Assembly (NCBI GenBank): GCA_029263295.1
Contig: JAJCXT010000108.1
Span: forward strand, 2,724-66,723
Reading direction: 5' to 3'
Length of the DNA stretch: 64,000 nt
Origin: Acidobacteriota bacterium
Lineage (GTDB): Bacteria; Acidobacteriota; UBA890; WLXD01
Position numbers and translations under genes: made by a program. Under the pieces are notes generated by a model, which worked only from the letters and a program-made list of their open reading frames with translations, had not been told where the DNA came from and ran no database searches. Below are positions 19,395 to 29,261 of the stretch, piece by piece; the stretch's first letter is position 1; each line of letters opens with the position of its first letter.

Positions 19395-22300
19395 ATGCGA
19401 CCAGCACGCCGCGCCTATCTGCTGCCCACATCCCTTGCGCTCGTCGCGTTGCTGGCGCTCGCCGGAAGCACCGTTCCGAGCGTAGCGACGGCGTCGCCTG
19501 GAGCGCAGGATCACGGCCAAGAGGACGCCGAGACCTGGGATGTGAGCAATCCCCCGGGTTGGGACGAGACGGCCACGTTCACAGTCGACCAGGGGACCTG
19601 GATGAGTGTCGACGTCAGCCCCGACGGTGGAACGATCGCCTTCGACATGCTCGGCGACATCTACACCATGCCCATCGGGGGCGGACAGGCGACGCGGATC
19701 CTCGGTGGGATCGCGTGGGAGATGCAGCCACGATTCAGTCCGGACGGCGAGTGGATCGCCTTCACGTCAGATCGCGACGGAGGCGACAACATCTGGATCG
19801 CGCGCCCCGATGGCAGCGACCCGCAGCAGGTGTCCGACGAGTCCTTCCGCCTGCTCAACAGTCCCAACTGGAGCCCCGACGGCGAGTACCTCATCGGACG
19901 CAAGCACTTCACCGGGACCCGCTCGCTCGGCGCCGGCGAGATCTGGATGTACCACCGCTCCGGCGGCGCCGGAGTGCAGTTGACCGAGCGCCCCAACCAG
20001 CAGCAGGACGTCGGCGAACCGGTGTTCGCACCCGACGGCCGCTACGTGTACTTCAGCCAGGACACGACCCCAGGGCCGTTCTTTCAGTACAACAAGGATC
20101 CCAACGGGGGCATCTACACGATCCGACGCCTCGACCTCGAGCGTGGCGAGATCGAGAACTACATCGGCGGCGCTGGCGGCGCGGCGCGACCGACGCCCTC
20201 ACCCGACGGCAAGACCATCGCCTTCGTCAAGCGGGTCCGTCTGAACTCCGTGTTGTATCTGCAAAACACCGAGAGTGGGCGTGAATGGCCGCTCTATGAA
20301 GCCCTCGACCACGACATGCAGGAGACCTGGGCTATCCACGGTGTCTACCCGGCCTTCGCCTGGACTCCCGATGGCAACCGCATGGTGGTCTGGGCCGGCG
20401 GCAAGATCCGTTGGGTCGACGTGGCGACCGGCAACTCCCGCGTGATCCCCTTCACGGCCGACGTCGAGCTGAACACGGCGCCAGCCGTCCGCTACGCGCA
20501 GGACGTCGCGCCCGCGACCTTCGACGCCAAGATGCTGCGCTGGGTGAGCGTCTCGCCCGACCAGAGCCAGGTACTGTATGGCGCCGTAGGTGGCGTCTGG
20601 GTCCGTAACCTCCCGGACGGCGAGCCGCGCATGCTCACCGATGAGGACGAGCTCGCCTACTACCCCTCCTGGCACCCCGATGGAAAGAGGATCGTCTACG
20701 TCGGCTGGGACGACCAGGAGCTCGCCGAAATCCGGCTGCGCGATATCGCCGGTGGAGCCGCTGAGATCGTGGCGGCGGGAATGGGTCACTTCGTCGATCC
20801 GGTCTTCACGCCCGATGGCACCCGCGTCGTCTATCGCAGGGTCGGTGGCGGCGGACTCGTCAGCCCGCTGTGGTCGCGCGATCGTGGCCTCTACGTCATC
20901 GGTCTGTACGACGACAAACCGAAACTCGTCGCACGATCCGGGCAGAGGCCGCACTTCGGCCCCGATCCTGAGCGCGTCTTCCTGTTCGACTTCGAAGACG
21001 GCGCGCGGGTCCTGGCAAGCGTGAGCCTCGACGGCGGCGAGCGGCGCGTTCACCTGACCTCGGAGAACGCCACCGATTTCACCGTTTCGCCCGATGGTCG
21101 TTGGGTAGCCTACGCCGAGCGATTCAAGGCGTACATCGTGGCCCTGCCACGGTCAGGCCGGCCGATGAAGGTCGGGCCCGGCAGCGCTCCCGTGCCGCTC
21201 AAACAGGTGTCGCGCGGCGCCGGCAACTACCTCCACTGGTCCGGCGATTCGAGCACGCTCCACTGGAGCCTCGGCCCCGAACTGTTCTCGCGCACGCTCA
21301 CCGACGCCTTCGCCTTTCTCGATGGCGCCCCGGACGAGCTACCGGAGCCCGCAACTGAGGGACTCCACATCGGACCGACGCTCGATACGGGTGTTCCTGC
21401 TGGCATCGTGGCGTTCGTTGGCGGCCGCATCGTGACAATGGACGGCGACCGAGTGATCGAAGACGGCACGCTGCTGGTTGATGGCAACCGCATCGTTGCG
21501 GTCGGCGCGCGCTCCGAGGTCGACGTTCCAGACGGCGCCCATGTCGTGGATGCGGCCGGCGACACCCTCTTGCCTGGCTTCGTCGACGTACACGCCCACG
21601 GCGGCGCGGCCGCCAACGGCATGATCCCGGAGCAGAACTGGCAGCACCTCGCCACACTGGCCTTCGGCGTCACGACTACCCACGATCCGTCCAACGACAC
21701 AGCCACCATCTTCACGGCTTCGGAGATGGGCAAGGCCGGGCGCATCGTCACCCCGCGTGTCTTCTCCACCGGCACGATCCTGTACGGCGCGCAGGGGTCC
21801 TTCCGCGCCGAGATCGATAGCTACGACGACGCTCTCTCGCACCTGCGGCGCATGAAAGCTGTCGGCGCTTTCAGCGTGAAGTCATACAACCAGCCGCGGC
21901 GCGACCAGCGCCAGCAGGTCATCGCGGCCGCGCGCGAACTCGAGATGATGGTCGTGCCGGAGGGCGGGTCGCTCTATCAGCACAACATGACGATGATCAT
22001 CGATGGCCACACGGGCGTAGAGCATTCGGTACCGCTAGCGAATCTCTACGACGACGCGTTCTCGCTCTGGGCCGGCAGTGGCACTGGCTACACACCCACG
22101 CTGGTCGTTTCGTATGGCGGCCTGTCCGGCGAGAATTACTGGTACCAGAAGACGAACGTCTGGGAGCATGAACGACTACTGGAGTTCGTTCCGAGCGAGC
22201 TGATCGATGCGCGGTCGCGCCGTCGCCTGATGGCGCCGGATGGCGACTTCAATCACGTCAGCATCTCCAAGGGCGCGGCCGAACTGGTCCGCCGCGGGGG

Positions 22301-22649
22301 CAAAGTGCAGATCGGCGCCCACGGGCAGTTGCAGGGAATGGCGCCCCACTGGGAGATCTGGATGCTCGGGCAGGGCGGAATGACCCCGATGCAAGCGCTG
22401 CGCAGCGCCACGCTCTCGGGCGCCGAGTACCTCGGCCTGGACGGCGACATCGGCTCGCTCGAGGTCGGCAAGCTCGCCGACCTGATTGTGCTCGACGGTA
22501 ACCCGCTCGACGACCTCCGCAACACCGACACAACGCGCATGGTGATGGCCAATGGCCGCCTGTTCGACGCCGTGACGATGAACGAGATCGGCAACCACCC
22601 CCGGCAGCGGGAGCCGCTGCACTGGGCGAACGAGGATACCGAGCGCTGA
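19395..22649 (+). CDS. Secreted amidohydrolase with N-terminal TolB/PD40 beta-propeller repeats
   Basis: Repeated P.FSPDG motifs; C-terminal PGFVDVHAHG, KSYNQP, GVEHS, GSLEVGKLADL. Confidence 0.88.
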   Translation: MRPARRAYLLPTSLALVALLALAGSTVPSVATASPGAQDHGQEDAETWDVSNPPGWDETATFTVDQGTWMSVDVSPDGGTIAFDMLGDIYTMPIGGGQATRILGGIAWEMQPRFSPDGEWIAFTSDRDGGDNIWIARPDGSDPQQVSDESFRLLNSPNWSPDGEYLIGRKHFTGTRSLGAGEIWMYHRSGGAGVQLTERPNQQQDVGEPVFAPDGRYVYFSQDTTPGPFFQYNKDPNGGIYTIRRLDLERGEIENYIGGAGGAARPTPSPDGKTIAFVKRVRLNSVLYLQNTESGREWPLYEALDHDMQETWAIHGVYPAFAWTPDGNRMVVWAGGKIRWVDVATGNSRVIPFTADVELNTAPAVRYAQDVAPATFDAKMLRWVSVSPDQSQVLYGAVGGVWVRNLPDGEPRMLTDEDELAYYPSWHPDGKRIVYVGWDDQELAEIRLRDIAGGAAEIVAAGMGHFVDPVFTPDGTRVVYRRVGGGGLVSPLWSRDRGLYVIGLYDDKPKLVARSGQRPHFGPDPERVFLFDFEDGARVLASVSLDGGERRVHLTSENATDFTVSPDGRWVAYAERFKAYIVALPRSGRPMKVGPGSAPVPLKQVSRGAGNYLHWSGDSSTLHWSLGPELFSRTLTDAFAFLDGAPDELPEPATEGLHIGPTLDTGVPAGIVAFVGGRIVTMDGDRVIEDGTLLVDGNRIVAVGARSEVDVPDGAHVVDAAGDTLLPGFVDVHAHGGAAANGMIPEQNWQHLATLAFGVTTTHDPSNDTATIFTASEMGKAGRIVTPRVFSTGTILYGAQGSFRAEIDSYDDALSHLRRMKAVGAFSVKSYNQPRRDQRQQVIAAARELEMMVVPEGGSLYQHNMTMIIDGHTGVEHSVPLANLYDDAFSLWAGSGTGYTPTLVVSYGGLSGENYWYQKTNVWEHERLLEFVPSELIDARSRRRLMAPDGDFNHVSISKGAAELVRRGGKVQIGAHGQLQGMAPHWEIWMLGQGGMTPMQALRSATLSGAEYLGLDGDIGSLEVGKLADLIVLDGNPLDDLRNTDTTRMVMANGRLFDAVTMNEIGNHPRQREPLHWANEDTER

Positions 22650-22673
22650 GATCCCGGGTCGGCGACCCTTGGG

Positions 22674-23183
22674 CTACTCGGAGGCGCAGGGGTTGCCGAG
22701 TTCCTGAAAGATCACGCGTAGACCGGCGAGTTCGAAATGATTGCGGTCGAGAGTGTTTCTGCGGGAGTTGCCCTGCACCCTCACGTATAGCCGCTCGTGC
22801 TGGAGCATGTTGGCTATGAGTTCGCCCGAGTCGGCGAAGTGCCGCATAGGAATGCGGTTGCTGTCCCGAGGTTGTTCCACGAGCTGGCCGTTGCTGTCGA
22901 TCGCGAACCCGTAGGTGTCCCCGGTGAACGTCCCCAGCATCATCGGACCATCGTCGAACTGCAGCCGGATGCTCTCCGCATACGGCTTGAAGAAGACGCG
23001 TGCCTCCCCGGCCTTGCAGTGGAGGTGGACGAGGGGACGGAAGTCTCCGCGGTACTCCGCGGCGGCGATCAACAACAGCATCTCGTCATCCGCGGCGTAG
23101 ATGATCTCCCAGCCGCCGAGGTCCTGCGCTGACGCCGACAGGCCCAAACTCATCGCCAGCAGCAGGCTGACCGCCAATCGCAT
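22674..23183 (-). CDS. Secreted hypothetical protein
   Basis: Signal peptide ending SASA-QD; GGAGG RBS; loose VasI-like layout (LHC...RLQFDD...F.L.GL...C). Confidence 0.6.
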   Translation of the reverse strand: MRLAVSLLLAMSLGLSASAQDLGGWEIIYAADDEMLLLIAAAEYRGDFRPLVHLHCKAGEARVFFKPYAESIRLQFDDGPMMLGTFTGDTYGFAIDSNGQLVEQPRDSNRIPMRHFADSGELIANMLQHERLYVRVQGNSRRNTLDRNHFELAGLRVIFQELGNPCASE

Positions 23184-23320
23184 GTTGCCTCCGGTGTGAG
23201 GTGTCCGCGGCAGTGTCTCCCCTGCGCGGAGACTTTGCAACGGAGCGCGCTGACCGCCAGACTCGGAGTTGCTCCCTACGGACTCTTCGCTGCTCCAGCC
23301 TCCCCGACGACAGGACTCCT

Positions 23321-25360
23321 ATGACTCGTTCGCGACTGCTCTCGACGATGATACTCGTCTCTGTGGCGTGCACGGCAGGGTTCGCGCGGCCGCAAATCGC
23401 CACGCGGTCCGACCGGCGCGTGGCCATCACGATCGACGACTTGCCCGCGAACATCTTCCGTGGCGAGCTCTCGGACTGGGAGGAGATGACCGAGACGCTG
23501 CTTGATGGTCTGGTGCGGCATGAGGTTCCGGCCATCGGCTTCGTCAACGAGGGGAAGCTCTACGTCGGCGGCGCGGAGCCTGACCCGGCCTACGTCGCGT
23601 TGTTGCAGGCGTGGCTGGATGCGGGGCTGGAGCTTGGCAACCACTCTTTCTCACACCCCGATCTGCACGGGACACCCCTCGCCGAGTACGAGAGAGACAT
23701 CCTGCGCGGCGAGCTGGTAACACGCGAGTTGCTCGCGTCCAGCGGCGACGTGCCTCGCTACTTCCGCCATCCCTTCCTGCACACGGGGAACGACCTCGAG
23801 ACGCGAGACGCGTTGCATGGGTTCCTCGCGGAACACGGCTATCGCGTAGCGCCAGTGACGATCGACAACCAGGAGTACATCGCCGCGCGCGCCTACGACC
23901 ATGCGCTGCTGCGCCGCGATCAGGAACTCGCGACGCGCATCGCCGCAAACTACCTCGACTACATGGACGACATGTTCGCCTACTACGAGCAGCAGTCCGA
24001 GGCGCTACTCGGGTACGAGGTCGCGCAGTCGTTGCTGATTCACGCCAACCAGCTCAACGCCGCAGTCATCGACGAGTTGCTGGAGATGATCCAGGCTCGC
24101 GGGTACCAGTTCGTCACACTCGACCAAGCGCTGGAGGATCCCGCGTATCAATCGAAAGACGAGTTTTCGGGGCGGGCGGGTATCACCTGGCTGCATCGGT
24201 GGGCGATCACCGCAGGCAAACGCGGCGAGTTCTTCGGCACTGAGCCCGATCTCGCCCCGTTCGTGCACGAGGTCTATGCGAGCCCACCTGCCGCGACGCC
24301 CGCCGTGGCGCAGGGCCAGACCAGCGCTGTGCCTATGCAAGAGGACGCCTGGGAGTTCGTTGGCGACGCGCACGGATTCGTCAACTTCGGCGGCCGCGAG
24401 GCTCTTCATATCGAGCGCGGTCGCGCCTGGGTGAACGGTGCCGATCTGCGCGATGGAACGATCGAGTTCGACCTCTGGGTCGAAGAGGAGCGGGATTTCT
24501 CTGGCGTGTACTTCCGCGCTGTCGACAACGCAAACAACGAGCACTTCTATGTGCGCCAGCACCAGAGCGGCAATCCCGACGCTACCCAGTACACGCCCGT
24601 GTACAACGGCGTCTCGGGTTGGCAGATATATGTGGGCGCGGGATTCACGATTCCGCTGGAGCTGACTTTCGATCGCTGGATGCATCTGCGACTCGACATC
24701 AACGGCGATCGGGCGGCTGTTTACCTGGACAGCACGGAGCCCGTGCTGATCATCGACGATCTGCAGCGCGACGCCGTGTCCGGCGGCGTGGGCTTCAACG
24801 CCGGTAACGCGCGATTCTCCAACATCACGATCACCCCGGGATCCCCCACGATCCCCGAGGCGGACGCGTCGGATGATGCGGCGACCGAGCCTATCAACAC
24901 TGTTGCGAACTGGCGCGTGTCCAGTCCGTTCGCCGAGAGCCTCGTGGAGGCCGCCACGACAGTGTCGGCAACCGACCTCGGCATCACGGCGTGGAGCGAC
25001 CTCGACTCGACCGAACGAGGGATAGCCAACCTCGCCCGCGTGGCTTCCCCGGCGGACGGCCACAACACGGTGGTTGCCGCGCTGACTCTTCGTTCAGACG
25101 GTGAAAAGGTGGTCCGTGCCCGATTCGGCTTCAGCGACCGCGTGCGCGTCTTCCTGAACGGCCGCCTGCTGTACGCGGGTGACGACGGCTACACCTCTCG
25201 CGACTACCGATTCCTGGGAACGATGGGCCTGTTCGACGAGGTGGCACTGCCGCTCGAAGCCGGAGACAACGAGCTGTGGTTCGCGGTCAGTGAGGATTTC
25301 GGTGGCTGGGGCATCTCCGCTGAGATCGCGCCCGTCAACGGCGTGGAGGTCATGGAGTAG
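23321..25360 (+). CDS. Polysaccharide deacetylase (NodB-like) fused to beta-sandwich domains
   Basis: AITIDDLP, GNHSFSHPDLH, YFRHPFL; C-terminal half DGTIEFD, FSGVYFR, WMHLRLDI, FGFSDRVRVFLNG. Confidence 0.8.
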   Translation: MTRSRLLSTMILVSVACTAGFARPQIATRSDRRVAITIDDLPANIFRGELSDWEEMTETLLDGLVRHEVPAIGFVNEGKLYVGGAEPDPAYVALLQAWLDAGLELGNHSFSHPDLHGTPLAEYERDILRGELVTRELLASSGDVPRYFRHPFLHTGNDLETRDALHGFLAEHGYRVAPVTIDNQEYIAARAYDHALLRRDQELATRIAANYLDYMDDMFAYYEQQSEALLGYEVAQSLLIHANQLNAAVIDELLEMIQARGYQFVTLDQALEDPAYQSKDEFSGRAGITWLHRWAITAGKRGEFFGTEPDLAPFVHEVYASPPAATPAVAQGQTSAVPMQEDAWEFVGDAHGFVNFGGREALHIERGRAWVNGADLRDGTIEFDLWVEEERDFSGVYFRAVDNANNEHFYVRQHQSGNPDATQYTPVYNGVSGWQIYVGAGFTIPLELTFDRWMHLRLDINGDRAAVYLDSTEPVLIIDDLQRDAVSGGVGFNAGNARFSNITITPGSPTIPEADASDDAATEPINTVANWRVSSPFAESLVEAATTVSATDLGITAWSDLDSTERGIANLARVASPADGHNTVVAALTLRSDGEKVVRARFGFSDRVRVFLNGRLLYAGDDGYTSRDYRFLGTMGLFDEVALPLEAGDNELWFAVSEDFGGWGISAEIAPVNGVEVME

Positions 25361-25474
25361 ACCGCGGGCCGCGACGGTTCGCTGCGCTCTTCTTCGGCTG
25401 AGGGCCAACGGCCGTCCGCGGCTCCTGTTACCTTTCGCCGATCACCGGGAGCCCACCCGCGGAAGAGTGCAGCT

Positions 25475-27307
25475 ATGCAACACGATGCCATCGCCGTCAT
25501 CGACTTTGGTGGGCAGTACGCGCACCTGATCGCCAACAAGGTCCGCCGCATCGGCGTTCTCGCCGAGATCTGCCAGCCAGAAGACCCGATCGAGGTCTTC
25601 GAGCGCTACCGCGGCATCATCATCTCGGGTAGCCCGAGCTTCGCGTCCCATGGGCAAGACTCGGAGTACACGCGAGCGATCTACGACCTCGACATTCCCA
25701 TCGTCGGTTTCTGCTTCGGCCATCAACAGATCGCCGAGCACTACGGCGGCGAGCTGATCCACGGCGGACGCGAATGGGGCAAAGCTATGCTCCATGTTGT
25801 CGGTGACTCGCCGATCTTCAGGGGGCTCGGGGAGGTCGAACAGGTCTTCATGAGTCACTACGACTCCGTCGTATCGGTGGGCGATGGTTTTGTCGAGATC
25901 GGCTACTCGCAGACGGCAGAAGGCCAGGAAGGGCATCGCTTCGCCGCCATCGCCAACGAGGAGCTGAAGCGTTACGGCTTCCAGTACCACCCGGAGGTGG
26001 ACGACACGCTCAACGGCGAGACCATGCTGTCGAACTTCGTACTCGACATCTGCGGCTGCTCGCCCGACTGGAGCATGGAAGGGTTCCTCGACGAGGAGAT
26101 TGCTCGCATCCGCGAACAGGTGGGCGACGGCTCCGTCTTCCTGCTCGCTTCCGGTGGCGTCGACTCGACCGTCGCAGCGGCGATTCTCGGCCGTGCGCTC
26201 GGCCCCGAACGGCTGCTGATGCTGCACATCGACAACGGCCTCATGCGTAAGGACGAGAGCCGGCGGGTAGTCGCGGCGTTCGACGAGATCGGTCTCGGCG
26301 ACCAGCTCCACTTCGTCGATGCCAGCGACGTCTTCCTCGACGCACTCGCAGGAGTGATCGAGCCTGAGCGCAAGCGCACGATCATCGGCAATACCTTCAT
26401 CGAGGTATTCAACGCCGAGGCCGCGCGCCTGGGCATCGAAGATCACCTGCTCGCGCAGGGAACGATCTACCCGGACACGGTCGAGACCGGCGGCACGAAG
26501 CGCGCCCATACGATCAAGACCCATCACAACCGGGTACCGATCATCGAAGAGCTGATCGCGGCGGGCCGGGTGGTCGAACCTCTCGCTGACCTCTACAAGG
26601 TGGAGGTTCGCGATCTTGGTGAGAAGCTCGGCGTGCCGCACGATCTGGTCTGGCGGCACCCATTCCCCGGTCCGGGCCTCGGCGTGCGTTGCCTGTGCTC
26701 CGACGGCACGCCCGATGACGAAGGCCTCGACGCTATTGCTGAACAGCTCGCTCACGCATCCGAGCGCTTTGGTATCCGTGCGCAGGCATTGCCGCTCCGT
26801 TCTGTGGGAGTGAAAGCTGACCTGCGAGCCTACGAACATCCAGTGCTGCTACACGGCGATGCGGACTGGGACCGCTTGATCGACGCGACCTCGTTCATCA
26901 CGGCGGACATCCCCGGGTTGAATCGCTGCATCTGGAATCTCGGTCCGCAGATGCCGTCGGAAGTTCGCCCCATCGCCGCCACCATGACTCGCGAGCGACT
27001 CGACGTGTTGCGCGAAGCCGACCAGCTGGTGATGGATGCCCTACGACATCACGACCTCTACTCCACCGTATGGCAGTGCCCCACGGTTCTCGTGCCGATC
27101 GAATTCGTCGACGCTGGTGGTCAAGCGGGCGGTGAGCTGGTGGTCCTGAGGCCGGTGCACTCGGCACGCGCGATGACCGCCACACCGGTGGAGCTGCCGA
27201 TGCCGTTGCTCGACGAGTTACGGGGGGGGATCCTCGCGCTCGATGGCGTCTCGGGTCTAGCTCTCGACGTGACGTCGAAGCCGCCCGGCACCATCGAGTG
27301 GGAATAA
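25475..27307 (+). CDS. guaA: GMP synthase (glutamine-hydrolysing), long form
   Basis: IDFGGQYAHLIA, GFCFGHQ, QYHPEV, SGGVDSTV, QGTIYPD, IKTHHN, HPFPGPGLGVR, DVTSKPPGTIEWE. Confidence 0.95.
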   Translation: MQHDAIAVIDFGGQYAHLIANKVRRIGVLAEICQPEDPIEVFERYRGIIISGSPSFASHGQDSEYTRAIYDLDIPIVGFCFGHQQIAEHYGGELIHGGREWGKAMLHVVGDSPIFRGLGEVEQVFMSHYDSVVSVGDGFVEIGYSQTAEGQEGHRFAAIANEELKRYGFQYHPEVDDTLNGETMLSNFVLDICGCSPDWSMEGFLDEEIARIREQVGDGSVFLLASGGVDSTVAAAILGRALGPERLLMLHIDNGLMRKDESRRVVAAFDEIGLGDQLHFVDASDVFLDALAGVIEPERKRTIIGNTFIEVFNAEAARLGIEDHLLAQGTIYPDTVETGGTKRAHTIKTHHNRVPIIEELIAAGRVVEPLADLYKVEVRDLGEKLGVPHDLVWRHPFPGPGLGVRCLCSDGTPDDEGLDAIAEQLAHASERFGIRAQALPLRSVGVKADLRAYEHPVLLHGDADWDRLIDATSFITADIPGLNRCIWNLGPQMPSEVRPIAATMTRERLDVLREADQLVMDALRHHDLYSTVWQCPTVLVPIEFVDAGGQAGGELVVLRPVHSARAMTATPVELPMPLLDELRGGILALDGVSGLALDVTSKPPGTIEWE

Positions 27308-27451
27308 CACTCGCTTCAATCCGCGCGTTCTTCCTGGCCTCCCTATCCCGCGCGACCTTTATCGTGCAGAATCGCCAACGCTTACGGCTGACGGCGATCT
27401 CGAACAGCAGTTGAAGAACGCGTGCCGCGGCATCAAGCTAACGGAGGCACG

Positions 27452-29044
27452 ATGGCTCATTCTCCGCTGTTTCGCAGGCTCGTTCGTCTGCTCCACGATG
27501 CGAACCGGGCCGAGCTTCGTGCCCAAGGGAGACGAGCCCCGATCGCCGGGGCGGGCTCGGGCACATGGTCGCGGCGGGAGTTCGTCGCGTCGGCTGCCGC
27601 GGCGGGAGCCGCGTGCTCGGTTCTGCCCGGCAGCGCCGCAGCCTGGGCAGACAGTAAGCCTCCCAGAATAGCGATCATCGGAGCCGGGATCGCCGGGTTA
27701 CGAGCGGCATACGAACTCGAGAAACATGGCCATACCGCGACGATCTGGGAGGCGCGCGCGCGGACCGGCGGCCGCATGCTCACCATCGAACAGGACGGCC
27801 TCTTTCTGGATCTCGGCGGACATCTTGTAAACCGGGATCACAAGGACATGCGCGCCCTGGCGAAAGAACTCGGCGTGCCGCTGTTCGATCGTGCCGCGGA
27901 GTTGGCGAAGCCGTCGCAACTCCCCGAAGCGGCGTACTTCTTCGACGGTCGGAGGTTCTCCGAGGTCGCCTTGGCGCGGCGGCTGCGACCCATCGCACGG
28001 CAGATCTCCAAAGACGCCGCTCGCCTGGATGACGACTACGACGCTGTCGCCACGGAACTCGATTCACTGTCGGTGGCCGACTACCTGGACCTCCATGCAA
28101 AGAAACTCCGCCGGCCTGCCCGGGCGCTGATCAAGGCTAGTATCCGCTCGGAATACGGCGTGGAACCCGAGGATTCCTCGGCGCTGCAGTTGATCTTCAA
28201 CCTGCCCACCGTAGATGGAGGCACGGTCGATCTCGCGAGCGCCAGCGACGAGAGTCTCCTGGTCGAGGGAGGTTCGGCGCGAATCACCGATGCGCTGGCG
28301 GCACGGATCGAGAGCCCGATCAGGACAGGGAAGCGACTGCGACGAATCGATAGGACAGCCGCGGGTGCGTACCAGTTGGAGTTCCTCGGCCGCAACGCTC
28401 GCGCGGTCTCGGACGAGGCCGACTTCGTGATCGTCGCGATTCCCTTCCCACCCTTGCGACGCGTCCGAATGGCCGCCGAGCTACCCGACGAGTTCAAGGC
28501 GTTCGTTCGTCAGGCCGGCCTCGGCCGCAACGAGAAGGTCCTGACGCGGTTCGGCGACCGGGTCTGGCGCCAGGCGAAGGGATTCAGCGGCGAAGTCTGG
28601 AGCGACCTCGGCTTCTCGGTGGCGTGGGACGCGACCGTCCGGCAGACGGCCCGCACCGACGGCGCGCTCACGTTCTACCTCGGAGGTGACGAAGTCGATG
28701 CCGCCTCGGTGGGACCAGCCAACGACGTGAGCGAGGCCTTCGTGGCGCAGCTGTCGAAGGTTGTTCCTGGAGCACAGGGCGCCGCGGAGGCGGATGCCGT
28801 GCGCACGAGATGGACTAGCGAGCGCTTCACCGGAGGCGGATACGCCAGTTTCGCACCAGGGCAGCTAACTCGATTCGAAGATTACTTCTGGATAGAGTCC
28901 AGCAACCCGCAGCGGCGCCAGGAGGTCGTGTTCGATCGCCTGATCTTCGTCGGCGAGCACCTCAGTGATTCCTTTTCGGGATTCATGAACGGTGGGGCCG
29001 AGACGGGTCGTCTCGGCGCCGAGGCTCTCGTCCGCATGCTGTAG
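27452..29044 (+). CDS. Flavin monoamine oxidase family protein
   Basis: IAIIGAGIAGL, EARARTGGR, VGEHLSDSFSGFMNGGAETG; Tat-like SRREF near residue 30. Confidence 0.88.
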   Translation: MAHSPLFRRLVRLLHDANRAELRAQGRRAPIAGAGSGTWSRREFVASAAAAGAACSVLPGSAAAWADSKPPRIAIIGAGIAGLRAAYELEKHGHTATIWEARARTGGRMLTIEQDGLFLDLGGHLVNRDHKDMRALAKELGVPLFDRAAELAKPSQLPEAAYFFDGRRFSEVALARRLRPIARQISKDAARLDDDYDAVATELDSLSVADYLDLHAKKLRRPARALIKASIRSEYGVEPEDSSALQLIFNLPTVDGGTVDLASASDESLLVEGGSARITDALAARIESPIRTGKRLRRIDRTAAGAYQLEFLGRNARAVSDEADFVIVAIPFPPLRRVRMAAELPDEFKAFVRQAGLGRNEKVLTRFGDRVWRQAKGFSGEVWSDLGFSVAWDATVRQTARTDGALTFYLGGDEVDAASVGPANDVSEAFVAQLSKVVPGAQGAAEADAVRTRWTSERFTGGGYASFAPGQLTRFEDYFWIESSNPQRRQEVVFDRLIFVGEHLSDSFSGFMNGGAETGRLGAEALVRML

Positions 29045-29129
29045 GTCAGGCAACTTGGCTGCGGACCAACGTGCGACCCTCACCTCACCTCAAGGCCGCC
29101 CGGCGCGATTGAGTGCGGATCGCGCTATC

Positions 29130-29167
29130 CCGGCGCGCTTCGCAGTACCGGCGCGCTTCGCAGTACC
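29130..29167. repeat. 18-bp tandem duplication
   Basis: CCGGCGCGCTTCGCAGTA twice, intergenic. Confidence 0.85.
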
Positions 29168-29261
29168 CTCGACCGAAATCACCACGGTGGCGTCTAACAA
29201 CGCTAGAGCCACCACCGTCCAGGTTCGCGTGAGCGAACCGTCCCCGTGAGGTATCTCGACC

